Of a stretch of 64,000 bases of DNA, positions 1-10,727 are shown one piece after another; position 1 is the stretch's first letter, and each line of letters opens with the position of its first letter. The translations under genes were made by a program, and so were the position numbers. The notes beneath the pieces were generated by a model that did not search any database, was not told the DNA's origin, and saw only the letters and a list, made by a program, of their open reading frames with translations. Source of the DNA: Zootoca vivipara (taxonomy: Eukaryota); the NCBI RefSeq assembly GCF_963506605.1, contig NC_083277.1:4464001-4528000 (forward strand), in the 5' to 3' direction.

Positions 1-6
1 TATCAT
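1..6 (-). CDS. Vmn2r: First two codons (ATG ATA) of a fourth V2R gene (V2R-0) running off the left edge
   Basis: Reverse complement of 1-50 (ttactgatgtcacaaggaaggacattgtcactggcgtcgctaggATGATA) aligns with the leader and start of V2R-2 (gtcactgatgtcataagggacgacactagccactgacattgctaggATGATA). The shared upstream module is present inverted at about 300-580. Confidence 0.75.
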
Positions 7-299
7 CCTAGCGACGCCAGTGACAATGTCCTTCCTTGTGACATCAGTAACTACAATGGAACAGCCATGGAATCAGACCACTGGGCAGTGAGAGGAAACT
101 GCCCACCTGCACAGCCCCTTCCTATCCTCAATCGTAGACCAGGTTTTCCATGGCACATGACTTGTTGTTTTGAGAAGTATTGGAGAGGGGGTATTTATGG
201 CCCAGCTCTTCCTTCAAGCTTGTTACAAGAGGTTGCCTCATTTTCTCCTTTTTGAGTTATTGGTACAAGAAGTTGCCTTATTTTCTCCTTTTAAATTTT

Positions 300-580
300 T
301 TGCCTCTGGGGAAATCCCTGGCACTTTTGTGCGAGGAGAGGAATACATCACTATGATTTTGATAATTATAAAGGGGAAGAAAGATCCTCTCTGAAACCTC
401 CTGGACTCTGTGCAGCGGCTGACTGAGCAGGTGCAGAACTGGAGGGGAAAAACATGTCTGTGAGAAATGAACCACATAGCTTCATGGTCTGGATATGTCA
501 TTGCGGATTCTGGTGACTTTGCAAACTTTCTAATGATGAAATTGTTTCGTAATAATTAGAATCAAAATGCTCTTCCATTT
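300..580 (-). promoter_or_regulatory. Conserved V2R upstream module, copy for V2R-0
   Basis: Reverse complement of the blocks at 5230-5465, 28598-28838 and 49421-49655; TAATTA at 363-368, CAGGTG at 428-433. Confidence 0.6.
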
Positions 581-1301
581 AGGCTCTGTTTGAACGATCA
601 CACATATGCATACTGGCAGTGTGGGTGAGGGCAGTTGCATGCAGAAATTCCTCCATTGTGGTTAGCTCTATTTTCTTGTCCTACAAGGCTCTTAATAGTC
701 CATCTGGTACAATCCACACATTGGGGATTTGTAACTTTTGAATAATCTGCACATCTAAAATTGCTTTCTAGTAAATCATGGCTTTTTTCCCCAAAGGGAA
801 AACGTTCTGCAGAAGTTTGCAGGGGGCTCACATGGTCGTTATCTCTGCATCTTGTCATGGACACTGCAACTATTTCTACATTAGAGCACCCTTCAGATGG
901 AGTAGGTTGTATCCAATGCTAGCCCAATCAGAGTAGACTCATTGAAAATAATGGATACTGCAAAGTTAGGGCCATTAGTTTCAATGAGTCGACACTCAGT
1001 TGGACACATTCAAATGTTCTGCTTGTTTTAATGTGTAGTTTTGTACAGAATCACAAGGTAACAACAGGAGGACATTATCATGATATTCTATATGGTCCAA
1101 GCCATCTAGAGCTCTACGTGTAAAGATCAGAACTTCAAAGGAAACATGTAATTCTGCAGAAATAAAATGGACCTGCAGTATTATATATTGAGGTCATTTC
1201 CTCCTGGTCAATTATACAATGTTTTTGAAAACTTATAATAGAATCCTAGAATCGTAGAGTTGGAAGGGATCCCCAAGCCTCATCCAGTCCAAATCACTGT
1301 A

Positions 1302-1560
1302 CCATACCTGCCATGGTCAGGGAAATAAGGGACCGACCGGAAATAGCAGACCGGAAGTAGCGCTGCCGCCATTTTGGAACTGGGCGGAGCATGCTCAGAA
1401 GTGACTTTTGATGCTGCTTTGCCCAGTTCCAAAATGGCCGTCGTGCCAGAAGTTGCACTGCAGCCATTTTGGAACTGAGCAGAGCAGCATCAAAAGTCAC
1501 TTCTGAGCATGCTCCGCCCAGTTCCAAAATGGCCGTCGCGCCAGAATAAACCGGGGAAGG
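1302..1560. mobile_element. Truncated hAT-type MITE (catagctgcc/catacctgcc-ended family with internal gccattttggaactgggc palindromes)
   Basis: Reverse-complement match to the TSD-flanked copy at 27554-27880. Confidence 0.65.
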
Positions 1561-1620
1561 TTCAGCTTCTACCCTCCAGAGCAGGGGGAAACAATATTAC
1601 TCCATCTTCCATGTGACAGC

Positions 1621-1818
1621 CACTGGCGGAGGAACAGGGGCGTGGGGGGAGCGCACCGCCCCCGGCGGCACAATCCCGTTGGGGTGCCATTGTGGCTGCC
1701 CCCCCTCCACTGGGTGCCACACCCCTGGGACGCCCGCTATGCCACCGGGACACACGCCAGCCAAGCCCACGCCTACTCTCCGCCCCCTCCCCCACCGGAG
1801 CTTGAAGCTCCGCCCGTG
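1621..1818. mobile_element. GC-rich hAT-type MITE inserted in an old CR1 fragment
   Basis: TIR cactggcggag / ctccgcccgtg; perfect 8-bp TSD gtgacagc (1613-1620, 1819-1826). Confidence 0.75.
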
Positions 1819-3982
1819 GTGACAGCCCTTGAGATATTTGAAGATGGCTATTATATCTCCTCTCAGTCTCCTCTTTTACAGGCTAGACATACGCGACTCG
1901 GCTCCCTCAACCGTTACCCACAGGGAAAGCATTTGCAAAGCAGCATCCAGGTTGAGTTTTCGGTACACATAAAGTGAAGAGGAAAGTCTTAGAGGTGTAT
2001 CAATGATCCTAATGTGTTCTCCTGACCCCCCCCCTTAAAAGGTAAATACTGTTACTGCTGAAGTGTCTGGGTCATTTCAGTATCTTTAAGATGGCATTTA
2101 TAAAGGATGACACAATCTTCCATGGCTTTCAAAATGACAACTAGGAACATTTTTTTAAAAAACAATAATTGTTTATTTTACAGCAATATTCCTGATTCAA
2201 GTGAAGATGCCTACTTTGAATCAAGTTCTTTGCACGGTCAGGCGGAGTCCCCCAAAGCCCCCAGGCGGCCCCCGAGCGGAATGATGACACAAGGCCATGT
2301 TCTATGGGATTAAAATTGGCCACAACTTTATTAAGAATTCGGATGTAGGGAGACCTTGGCTCAGGCATTGGGCGTATATCCTTCCAAGCCGCCAGCCGGG
2401 GATCTGGGTAATTTCAGGATTATCCAGCATGTGGGGGGGTTGGGCTAGCTCTGGAGAACACATGTTCAAGCAGATTGCCCGCCCCCCTCGATCTCAGCCG
2501 CTGGAGAGGGAGGGCAATGACAGCCTATTGCGTATGGTCAATGCCTCCCCCTTAGCCCCATTTACAGGAACCCTGTTATCGCTGCCGCAATGGGGGTGGG
2601 GGGTTACCGCCCCACGCCCCCCTATTTAGGATCCTAAAGGATTCCGCCCAAGGCCTGCATCCGCCAAAGTTGTGACGAATTGCTACAGGAAAGGCGAAAC
2701 CTGCCAATGCAGGGAAAATTCCTTTCCGGCCCTTCAACAGCAGCCTTGTCGTAGCAGCGGCTGCGTGCGTGTACGCCTTTGGAAGAAATAACCTGTAATG
2801 CAATCATTAATTACTTTTTATTTTGGGGAGTGGAGGGTGGGAAAGCTTCTGGAGCCGTCGACTGCTTCCAAGGAATGACTCTGCTTCAGCCATGTTCAGG
2901 TAAGGTTACCTCCTCCTACGCCTCCCCAAGCTGGATTGGAAAGGTAACTGTGTGGGTGGAGATCACCAGTATCCAGCCCGGGAAGGCAGTACCAGCCTCC
3001 AAACTTCCAGGGCTGCCCCAGGGGTCCCAGGGGGCTGCGCACGACCGCGCAAAATGCGCCTCCCCTTTTATGTGGGGAACGGTCATTCCCGAACCTGAGC
3101 ATTAGTAACAAGGAGAGTTACCAAACCCAAAGAATTTTTACTCCTGAAATCTGTCCCCAGATAGTGGCCGGTATAATAGCACTTTCTAGGAAATGATTTG
3201 AGGGAGTAGGGGGTGTCTGGAAATTCATTGGCTAGTTAGCTTAGTGTCTGCTCCAGGAAAACTGGTGGAAAGCAATGTTAAACTTCGAATACAGAAGAAC
3301 AAGCAAAGTTTGGAGCAGAAACACCAGGATATGTCCTGTCTCACAAAACTTTTGAAGTTATTTGGGTGTGTTAGTAGACGTGTAGAGGTGATCGAGCTGG
3401 TAGATTCTCCCTTCGCTGGAGTGTCCTTTAAAGCAGAGTTTGGGTGGCTGTCTGTCAGGGATTCTTAAGCTGTGTGATTCCTGCACTGCAGAGGGTTGGA
3501 CTGGATGACCTTTGGGGATCCCTTCCAGTTCTACGATCCTATCAGACTGAGGTCCCATCCTGTCCCCCGTTCCCCACCCCCAAGAGATGGAATGCAAAGT
3601 GCCTCTGGAGGTCCCCTGGGGGAGAGGCGAGGGGACTTTGGAAAGTGAGAGGTGGGGTGGGGAAGAAAAACCCTTTCAAGATAAAGAAAGAACAGGGAGG
3701 GTGAGAGAGGGTTAAAAAGGAGGTTGAGGGGGGCATTTTGCATCTAGATTGCATGTATCACTTGCCACCACAAACTCCTGTGGTTCTCTCATAGCTCACA
3801 AGCAAACCTCTCCACCTTTTGGACTTCCTGTCCTCTCCAAGGCTCAGATTCCACCCCCGCCACCCCTTTTAGCTAAGGATTCATCTCCATTTAATTTAGC
3901 AGTTGGAGCACTGAAGGGCAGAAGAAGGAAAGTCGCCCCCGCTCCTTTCCTTGCAAAGTGTCCTCAATTAAACTGTCTACAT

Positions 3983-4230
3983 CAGGGGTCCCCAAATTAA
4001 GGCCCGGGGGCCGGATGCAGCCCAATCGCCTTCTAAATCCGGCCCACGGATGGTCCGGGAATAAGCATGTTTTTACATGAGTAGAATGTGTCCTTTTATT
4101 TAGAATGCATCTCTGGGTTATTTGTGGGGCATAGGAATTCATGCATATTTTTTCCAAATATAGTCTGGCCCCCCACAAGGTCTGAGGGACAGTGGACCGG
4201 CCCCCTGCTGACAAAGTTTGCTGACCCCTG
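3983..4230. mobile_element. hAT-Charlie non-autonomous element (OC1/OposCharlie-like)
   Basis: TIR caggggtc...gacccctg; perfect 8-bp TSD gtctacat; second copy at 61319-61641. Confidence 0.85.
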
Positions 4231-4653
4231 GTCTACATTTGCACCTCTGAAACTGCAGCGGCACTTCAGGTTCCCTTTCGAACCTGACTGCTTGCAAGGG
4301 AACCGGGGACAGGCCACCGTAGAGCTACGAAAACAGTAGAGCAATTCCTCCCTCTGGGTCCCATTGTTGTACAAATGGGAACCTGGCATAGGAGTCAACA
4401 CCTAGGGGCCAAGGTCCTTTCGGGGCCCCCAATAAAATATTTGAGGGGGCTGCCCCTCCAAAATTGGTGGGTGTTGCCATTCAAATGGTGTGCGTGCACT
4501 GCATCTTGTGATCGATTATGTGGGTGAAATATATTCGGAGTCCTGCAGTAATTTCATGCTCTTTATTGCAGCTTGTAAAACAGTGGTTGATTCCCCCCCC
4601 CAAAAAAAAAACAAAAAACCTCAGGCTTTTATACACATTATTTACACAATGAG

Positions 4654-4744
4654 CGTAGCTGTCAAGTTTTCCCTTTTCTCGCGAGGAAGCCTATTCAGCA
4701 TAAGGGAATTTCCCTTTAAAAAAAGGGAGAACTTGACAGCTATG
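4654..4744. mobile_element. 91-bp hAT-type MITE nested in the solo LTR
   Basis: TIR tagctgtcaagtt/aacttgacagcta; perfect 8-bp TSD acaatgag; sister copy at 41295-41384. Confidence 0.85.
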
Positions 4745-4854
4745 ACAATGAGTCCCATCTGATTGGCTGATTCTGCTTCCCTCCTGGAGCCTGATTGGTC
4801 TTCTCCTGCAGGCCAATCAGTTGTCTAGGATCCTACCTGTCTATTGTTCTAGGA

Positions 4855-4998
4855 CAGGCATCCCCAAACTGCGACCCTCCAGATGTTTTGGGCTACAACT
4901 CCCATGATCCCTAGCTCCCTAGCTAACAGGACCAGTGGTCGGGGAAGATGGGAATTGTAGTCCAAAACATCTGGAGGGCCGAAGTTTGGGGGTGCCTG
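4855..4998. mobile_element. Palindromic hAT-Charlie MITE nested in the solo LTR
   Basis: TIR caggcatccccaaact / agtttgggggtgcctg; TSD ttctagga (right copy interrupted by ccggta); sister copy at 14274-14409. Confidence 0.85.
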
Positions 4999-5229
4999 TT
5001 CTACCGGTAGGATCCAAGCTTAGTAAATAACAGTAGGGCAGGGCTTACCTCCCCCCCCAAAAAAATATTTTATTCAAGTTGGCATCTCTGGAACCAAGAA
5101 TGAAGTTGGCTTTGCGTACGTTCCTATATCTGTATTACATACAGCACCAAAGTTGGTTACTAAGAGTTCCCAGTGCAAAAGACTGAAAGGGAACAGCTTT
5201 ATGCCCCTGATCGCCAAAGTAAGCTTTCG

Positions 5230-5465
5230 AAAGTGTTTCTTCCATTGCAAAGTTTGCCACTTCCACTGGCCCATCTCGACCCTGAAACCCCGTTGGTGGT
5301 TTCTCGAAAACATGTTTTCTCTCCAGCTCTGCACCTGCCCAGGGAGCCAAGCAGAGAGTCCACGAGGTTGCAGACAGAAAACTTCTTCCCCCGTATAATT
5401 ATCAAAATCATAGTGGTGTATTCCTCTACTCACACCAAATCTTGTGGGATTCCCCCTGAGACCAA
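5230..5465 (+). promoter_or_regulatory. Conserved V2R upstream module, copy for V2R-1
   Basis: CACCTG 5332-5337, TAATTA 5396-5401 within tataattatcaaaatcatagtg, CCCCCTGAGA 5452-5461; homologous block upstream of every V2R in the window. Confidence 0.6.
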
Positions 5466-5695
5466 TAATCTAAACTTCAGAATCAAGGAGAAAATGAGTC
5501 AACATCTTGTAAGAAGAAGAATGATGCCACAAATGCTTCTCAAAATATTAAGCATCACTGAGAGACTGGCCTGAGGTTCAGGGCAGGCAGGGACTGTGGA
5601 GGTGGGAAGCTTTTTGTCGCTAGCTTTAGCTCTAAATCCGTGGCTAGAGCCCAGGTGTGCCACTGAAGTCACTGTTTGTCACAGTGACTGCTAGG

Positions 5696-8600
5696 ATGAT
5701 ATCACTTTTGCTGCTAGTGCTGCTGCTTTTGCCCGAGGCCGTCTGTGGGACTCAGGCGAGGAAATGCTCTGTGGATCTGATGCGGCTTCGAAATGAACCA
5801 GTGAATTATTACAGGGCGGGGGACCATCTCATTTGTGGGATCATCTCACCCAAAACTGCTTTATTTAAACCATACAACTTCTCTCAGCCCCCGTTAACCA
5901 TGATTACCGAGTAAGTAACTGCATACCACCTGATTGCTGGGGGGAAAAACATCAAATCAGTTAGCTGTTCATAACTTCCATGAGTTAGTGTCCCAGATGT
6001 GGCTCACCTTATGTATTGAGAGTGAGGAGACAGTGGTTCTCTCAGAGAGATTTATTTTTGTTTTTGTTTTTTTGTTAATGATATATGCAACCTTAGAGTC
6101 ATAGAATCATAGACTCATAGAGTTGGAAGAGACCACAAGGGCCATCCAGTCCAACCCCCTGCCAAGCAGGAAACACCATCAAAGCATTCTTGACATATGC
6201 CTGTCAAGCCTCTGCTTAAAGACCTCCAAAGAAGGAGACTCCCCCACACTCCTTGGTTGCAAATTCCACTGCCGAACAGCTCTTACTGTCAGGAAGTTCT
6301 TCCTAATGTTTAGGTGGAAGCTTCTTTCTTGTAGTTTGAATCCATTGCTCCGTGTCCACTTCTCTGGAGCAGCAGAAAACAACATTTCACCCTCCTCTAT
6401 ATGACATCCTTTTATATATTTGAACATGGCTATCATATCACCCCTTAACCTTCTCTTCTCCAGGCTAAACATACCCAGCTCCCTAAGCCGTTCCTCATAA
6501 GGCATCGTTTCCAGGCCTTTAACCATTTTGGTTGCCCTCCTCTGGACACGTTCCAGCTTGTCAGTATCCTTCATGAACTGTGGTGCCCAGAACTGGAAAC
6601 AGTACTCCAGGTGAGGTCTGACCAGAGCAGAATACAGTGGTACTATTACTTCCCTTGATCTAGATGCTATACTCCTATTGATGCAGCCCAGAATTGCATC
6701 TAGCAATCTATACCCTGCTAAGGAGAAGGCACTGCAGACTGAATATTTCTTCTCTAGTGCCAAGCATAAACCCACCACATCCTTAAGACACCCCCCTCAC
6801 TGCTGTGGCTGTCAGTGAATTTCACTGACAGAAGGGAGATGCAGGGAAATGGCTCAAGAAGTCTTTAAGGCCTTCTGGGGGTTTCCTTCACTAAGGACTC
6901 CATTGCCCATAACAAAGGGTGAAAGTTACATTACTCTTTGGTCAGCCACTTAGAAGTAAATCCCAATAAGCAAACTGGAGGTCACTCCCAGTTAAGTGGA
7001 ACCCGGGAAATCTATAACATCCTTTGATCAGCTTCCAAGCATATCGCAAACTTCTGAAATAAATTTGGTTCTGTTCTTTGAAAGCTGCGGACCTTCTATC
7101 CCAAACTATAAACTCTCCAATGTTTTTGGGAAGTGGCAAATTAATATCCAACTTGCAACCAGGGCCTTCTTTGGAGGTCTTTAAGCGGAGGCTTGACAGC
7201 CATATGTCAGGAATGCATTGATGGTGTTTCCTGCTTGGCAGGGGGTTGGACTGGATGGCCCTTGTGGTCTCTTTCAACTCTATGATTCTATGATTCTGTA
7301 TTTGTCCCCCAATAAAACATAGGAACAATTATTTGAGGATGCACTGCTTCGAGGCGCATTGTAAGGGGGAGGGCTTATAGGGAACAGCTCCCCCTCATCA
7401 GGTCGAGTTCCTCTCAGAGCAGCAAGTCCAGTAGCGGATCAGATTACAGGAATCAGGAAGTAGAGAGAGGGGGGGGAGAGGCTCTGACAGCATGAGAGAG
7501 CCTCAACACCGAGTAGGGAAGGAAGCAGCTGGGGAGGAAATGACGGGAGAGCAGTCATAAGGATGGCCCTTCCCCCCCCCCCGGACGCCTGAATTGAGGC
7601 GCACGGCACCCCATAGGGCGAGAGGGAGGTGCTTTGGGGTTCCCAAGCTGTTATGTTGGGCGCGAAACAGAAAGAACCCATTGCGAGGTTCTGACTCGGA
7701 CTAAGCAGACATGTTTTCCAGACTCTTTGCACTGTAAATAAGATGCACAATAAAAACACCTTCAAGACAAGCAAGTGTGGAGCGTCGTTACTCAAGAGTA
7801 GCCGCAAGCAGCCTGTCACAACTGCTGTATTTAATGCTTTGCAGTATCTCAGAACAGAAGTACTGGCACATCCTGTCTTTTTTGCTTGCTGTTCAGGAGA
7901 TTAATCTGGATCCTTCAATTCTACCCAACACCACTTTGGGCTACAACCTCTTTGAAACCTATTTCGATGGCAGAGTGGTTTCCAATGCAATGCTAGATGG
8001 ATATTGTGGTGGGGAAAGCAATATTCCAAACTACAACTGTGGAAGACGCAAGAACCTCTTGGCTGTTATTGAAGGGGCTGGATCGGACATTTCTACCCAT
8101 GTTTCTAGCATGTCGGGCATCTTCAAAATCCCACAGGTAGGTAGGGACTAGGATGGTCACCAATCAGGGAAGCTACAGTGGTGGATTTCCTGCATTGGAG
8201 GGACCTCTGAGCTCCCCTTCAACTCTAGGACTCTCCATTTTTGGATTCTCCTAAAATCTATATATATATATAAATGTAAAAGGTCCATGTTTGTGTTTTA
8301 TGGCCTTTCTCCGCAACCGCTTGACTGATTGCGTTCAAATTTGGACACAACGTCACATGCTACCGTAATATCCGATGGTTTGCGTACCATTTGTGTAGAC
8401 AGATGTCAAACCTATGGCAGGTAAAGCAGGTAAAACCCACTGTTTCCGAACACAAAACTCAGACAGCCGGGGATTCTGGGAGCACAGGAGATGTTGCACA
8501 ACAGCGGCCTCTAGTGGCGACTACACTGGTACTGCAGGTAGGAAATTTTCTCTCTCCACAACATCTCAGCTCGGCTTTGCAGACTAGGCAGAGTAGAGGT

Positions 8601-10644
8601 GGGGGCTCTCCTGGGTGGGAGATGAGGGGAGGAGGGGGCGGGAAAGGTCATGGCTTGGGACAGGGTGGGGCCAATCACAGGGATGAGCCACAGCAATGCG
8701 TGGCGGGCCAGCTAGTGATTTATAATAGCCTGATAGAAACACCCTGAAGCTGGTTTAGCCTATAAGTCCATCTAGTCTAGCATCCCATTTTCAGCCAAGC
8801 AGAAGCCACTTCTGGGAAGTCTGCAAGTGCGGTCTGAGTGAAAAAGCCACTTTTCCCACTTTTGATTCCCAACAACTGGCTTTCAAGACCATGGTGCCTT
8901 CAACAGTGGAGGGAGAACATGGCCCTTGCGGCTAGTAATCATGGATAGCCTTCTCCTCCTTGTCAAGTCAGTCCCTTTTTTTGCTTGTTATTAACATATA
9001 TCTGATATTCTTCCTTTCCTCGCTAGGTCAGTTATGGCTTTGCTCTTACTGATAAAACTCACTTCCCTTTTGCCTGCCAAATGGTTCCCAAAGAAGAAAT
9101 TCAATACTGGGGGATTGTCAAGTTGCTCCTGCATTTCAGATGGACATGGATTGGCCTTTTTGCTCCAGACAATGACAGTGGAGAAAGGTTCTTAAGTTCC
9201 TTAACACCTATGATGATCAGCAGTGGAATCTGTGTTGCCTTCTCAGAAAAAATACAGCAAAGGACTCTGTATCAAATTTCAATACTGAGTGAGCCACCTG
9301 TTACGTGGAGAAAAGTCAATGTATTTGTCTACTATGGGGACGCTTCCAATAGATTTGACCCAATCATCATGGTACAAAGGATACTTAAGAAGGTACAAGC
9401 TTGGGGGAAAGTCTGGATCACAACAGCTTTTCAGGACATCAACATGAACTTATCTTATGGTATTAATACCTTTATGTATATCCACGGTTCTTTGTCTTTC
9501 ATAATGAAGACTAGAAAATGGACAAAATATGACTACTATAAGCCACGGTCTGGCATAACACTACAGTTCTGGGATGAATCATTTAATTGTTTATGTTCGG
9601 AGGCTGTATTGCCCACGAAAGGTTGGATAAGATGCACAGAGAAAGAGAAACTGAAGGTTCTTCCCCAAGAGGAGGTTGAAAGGGCCCTGTCACAAGACAG
9701 CTACATTACTTACAGCAGCGTCAAAGCCGTGGCACTTGCCTTAAATTCTGCCTATTCTTCCAGATCCAAGCAGGTGTTGATGATGGGTAGAGGGGACAGG
9801 TTGGGACTTGAACGACTGCAGCCATGGCAGGTATTCCTCCCCACCCCTTGAATCCTGGTCCTGCACCCAGAATCCAATCCAATCCAATTGCCTCACCCGT
9901 GCCAGCATTTCCAAGGGATATCTAAATTGTATTTCTCCTATGCTATTTGGCTTGCCTTGGTGACATCGGAAGACATTCCATGGTTCAGTCATCATTCTCT
10001 AGTGATCAATTAAGAATGCAACTCAGCTTTCCCCCAATTCTCCACACACACCCCTACTTCCCTAAACTTCCTCTTCTGTTTTTTTTTTGGGGGGGGGTAT
10101 CTTGTTAATTTTGATGATCTGATATGTTGGAATATGATAAAAATGTAAAATCCAATAAAACTTTATATATATATAAAAAGAATGCAGCTCAGCTGTGACT
10201 GTCAAAAGCCAACAACATTATTCCCGTGAGTCCAGAAGTGCACTAGCCCTAATTTGGAGGAGACCAGAGTGAAAAGTGAAAAGAGATCAAGTATCCAATA
10301 GACTTCCATGTTTTCTCAGTTATGTTTTTTCTCATGTCAGTCCAGCTCCACCCTTTCTTAAGAAACATCCAGTTGTTTAACACCTCCAGGGGCGGATTGT
10401 ATTCGGATGAGAATGGAGAGCTGGCAGCTGACTACGATATTGTGAACTGGGTGCTGTTTCCCAATAAGTCTCAAGGCAGAGTGAAAGTCGGGAGCTTAGA
10501 GAGACAGGCAGCCTCACATTTAAAGCTCACCATTAACACAGAAGCCATTGTGTGGCCCTTGCAGTTTAAAGAGGTAAAGGAATTTTTTATGTGCTTCTTT
10601 CCCGCTGAGATTTATTAAACCCAAATTATTTACAGGGTTTATCT

Positions 10645-10676
<32 letters not shown>

Positions 10677-10677
10677 G

Positions 10678-10727
<50 letters not shown>

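Larger units (their letters stand above)
4525..5032 (-). mobile_element. Solo LTR related to the LTRs of the intact gypsy element, carrying two nested MITEs
   Basis: Starts tgaaatatattcggagtc and ends agtaaataaca, like LTR 42566-42941; flanks gtggg/gtagg (5-bp TSD, 1 mismatch). Confidence 0.8.
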
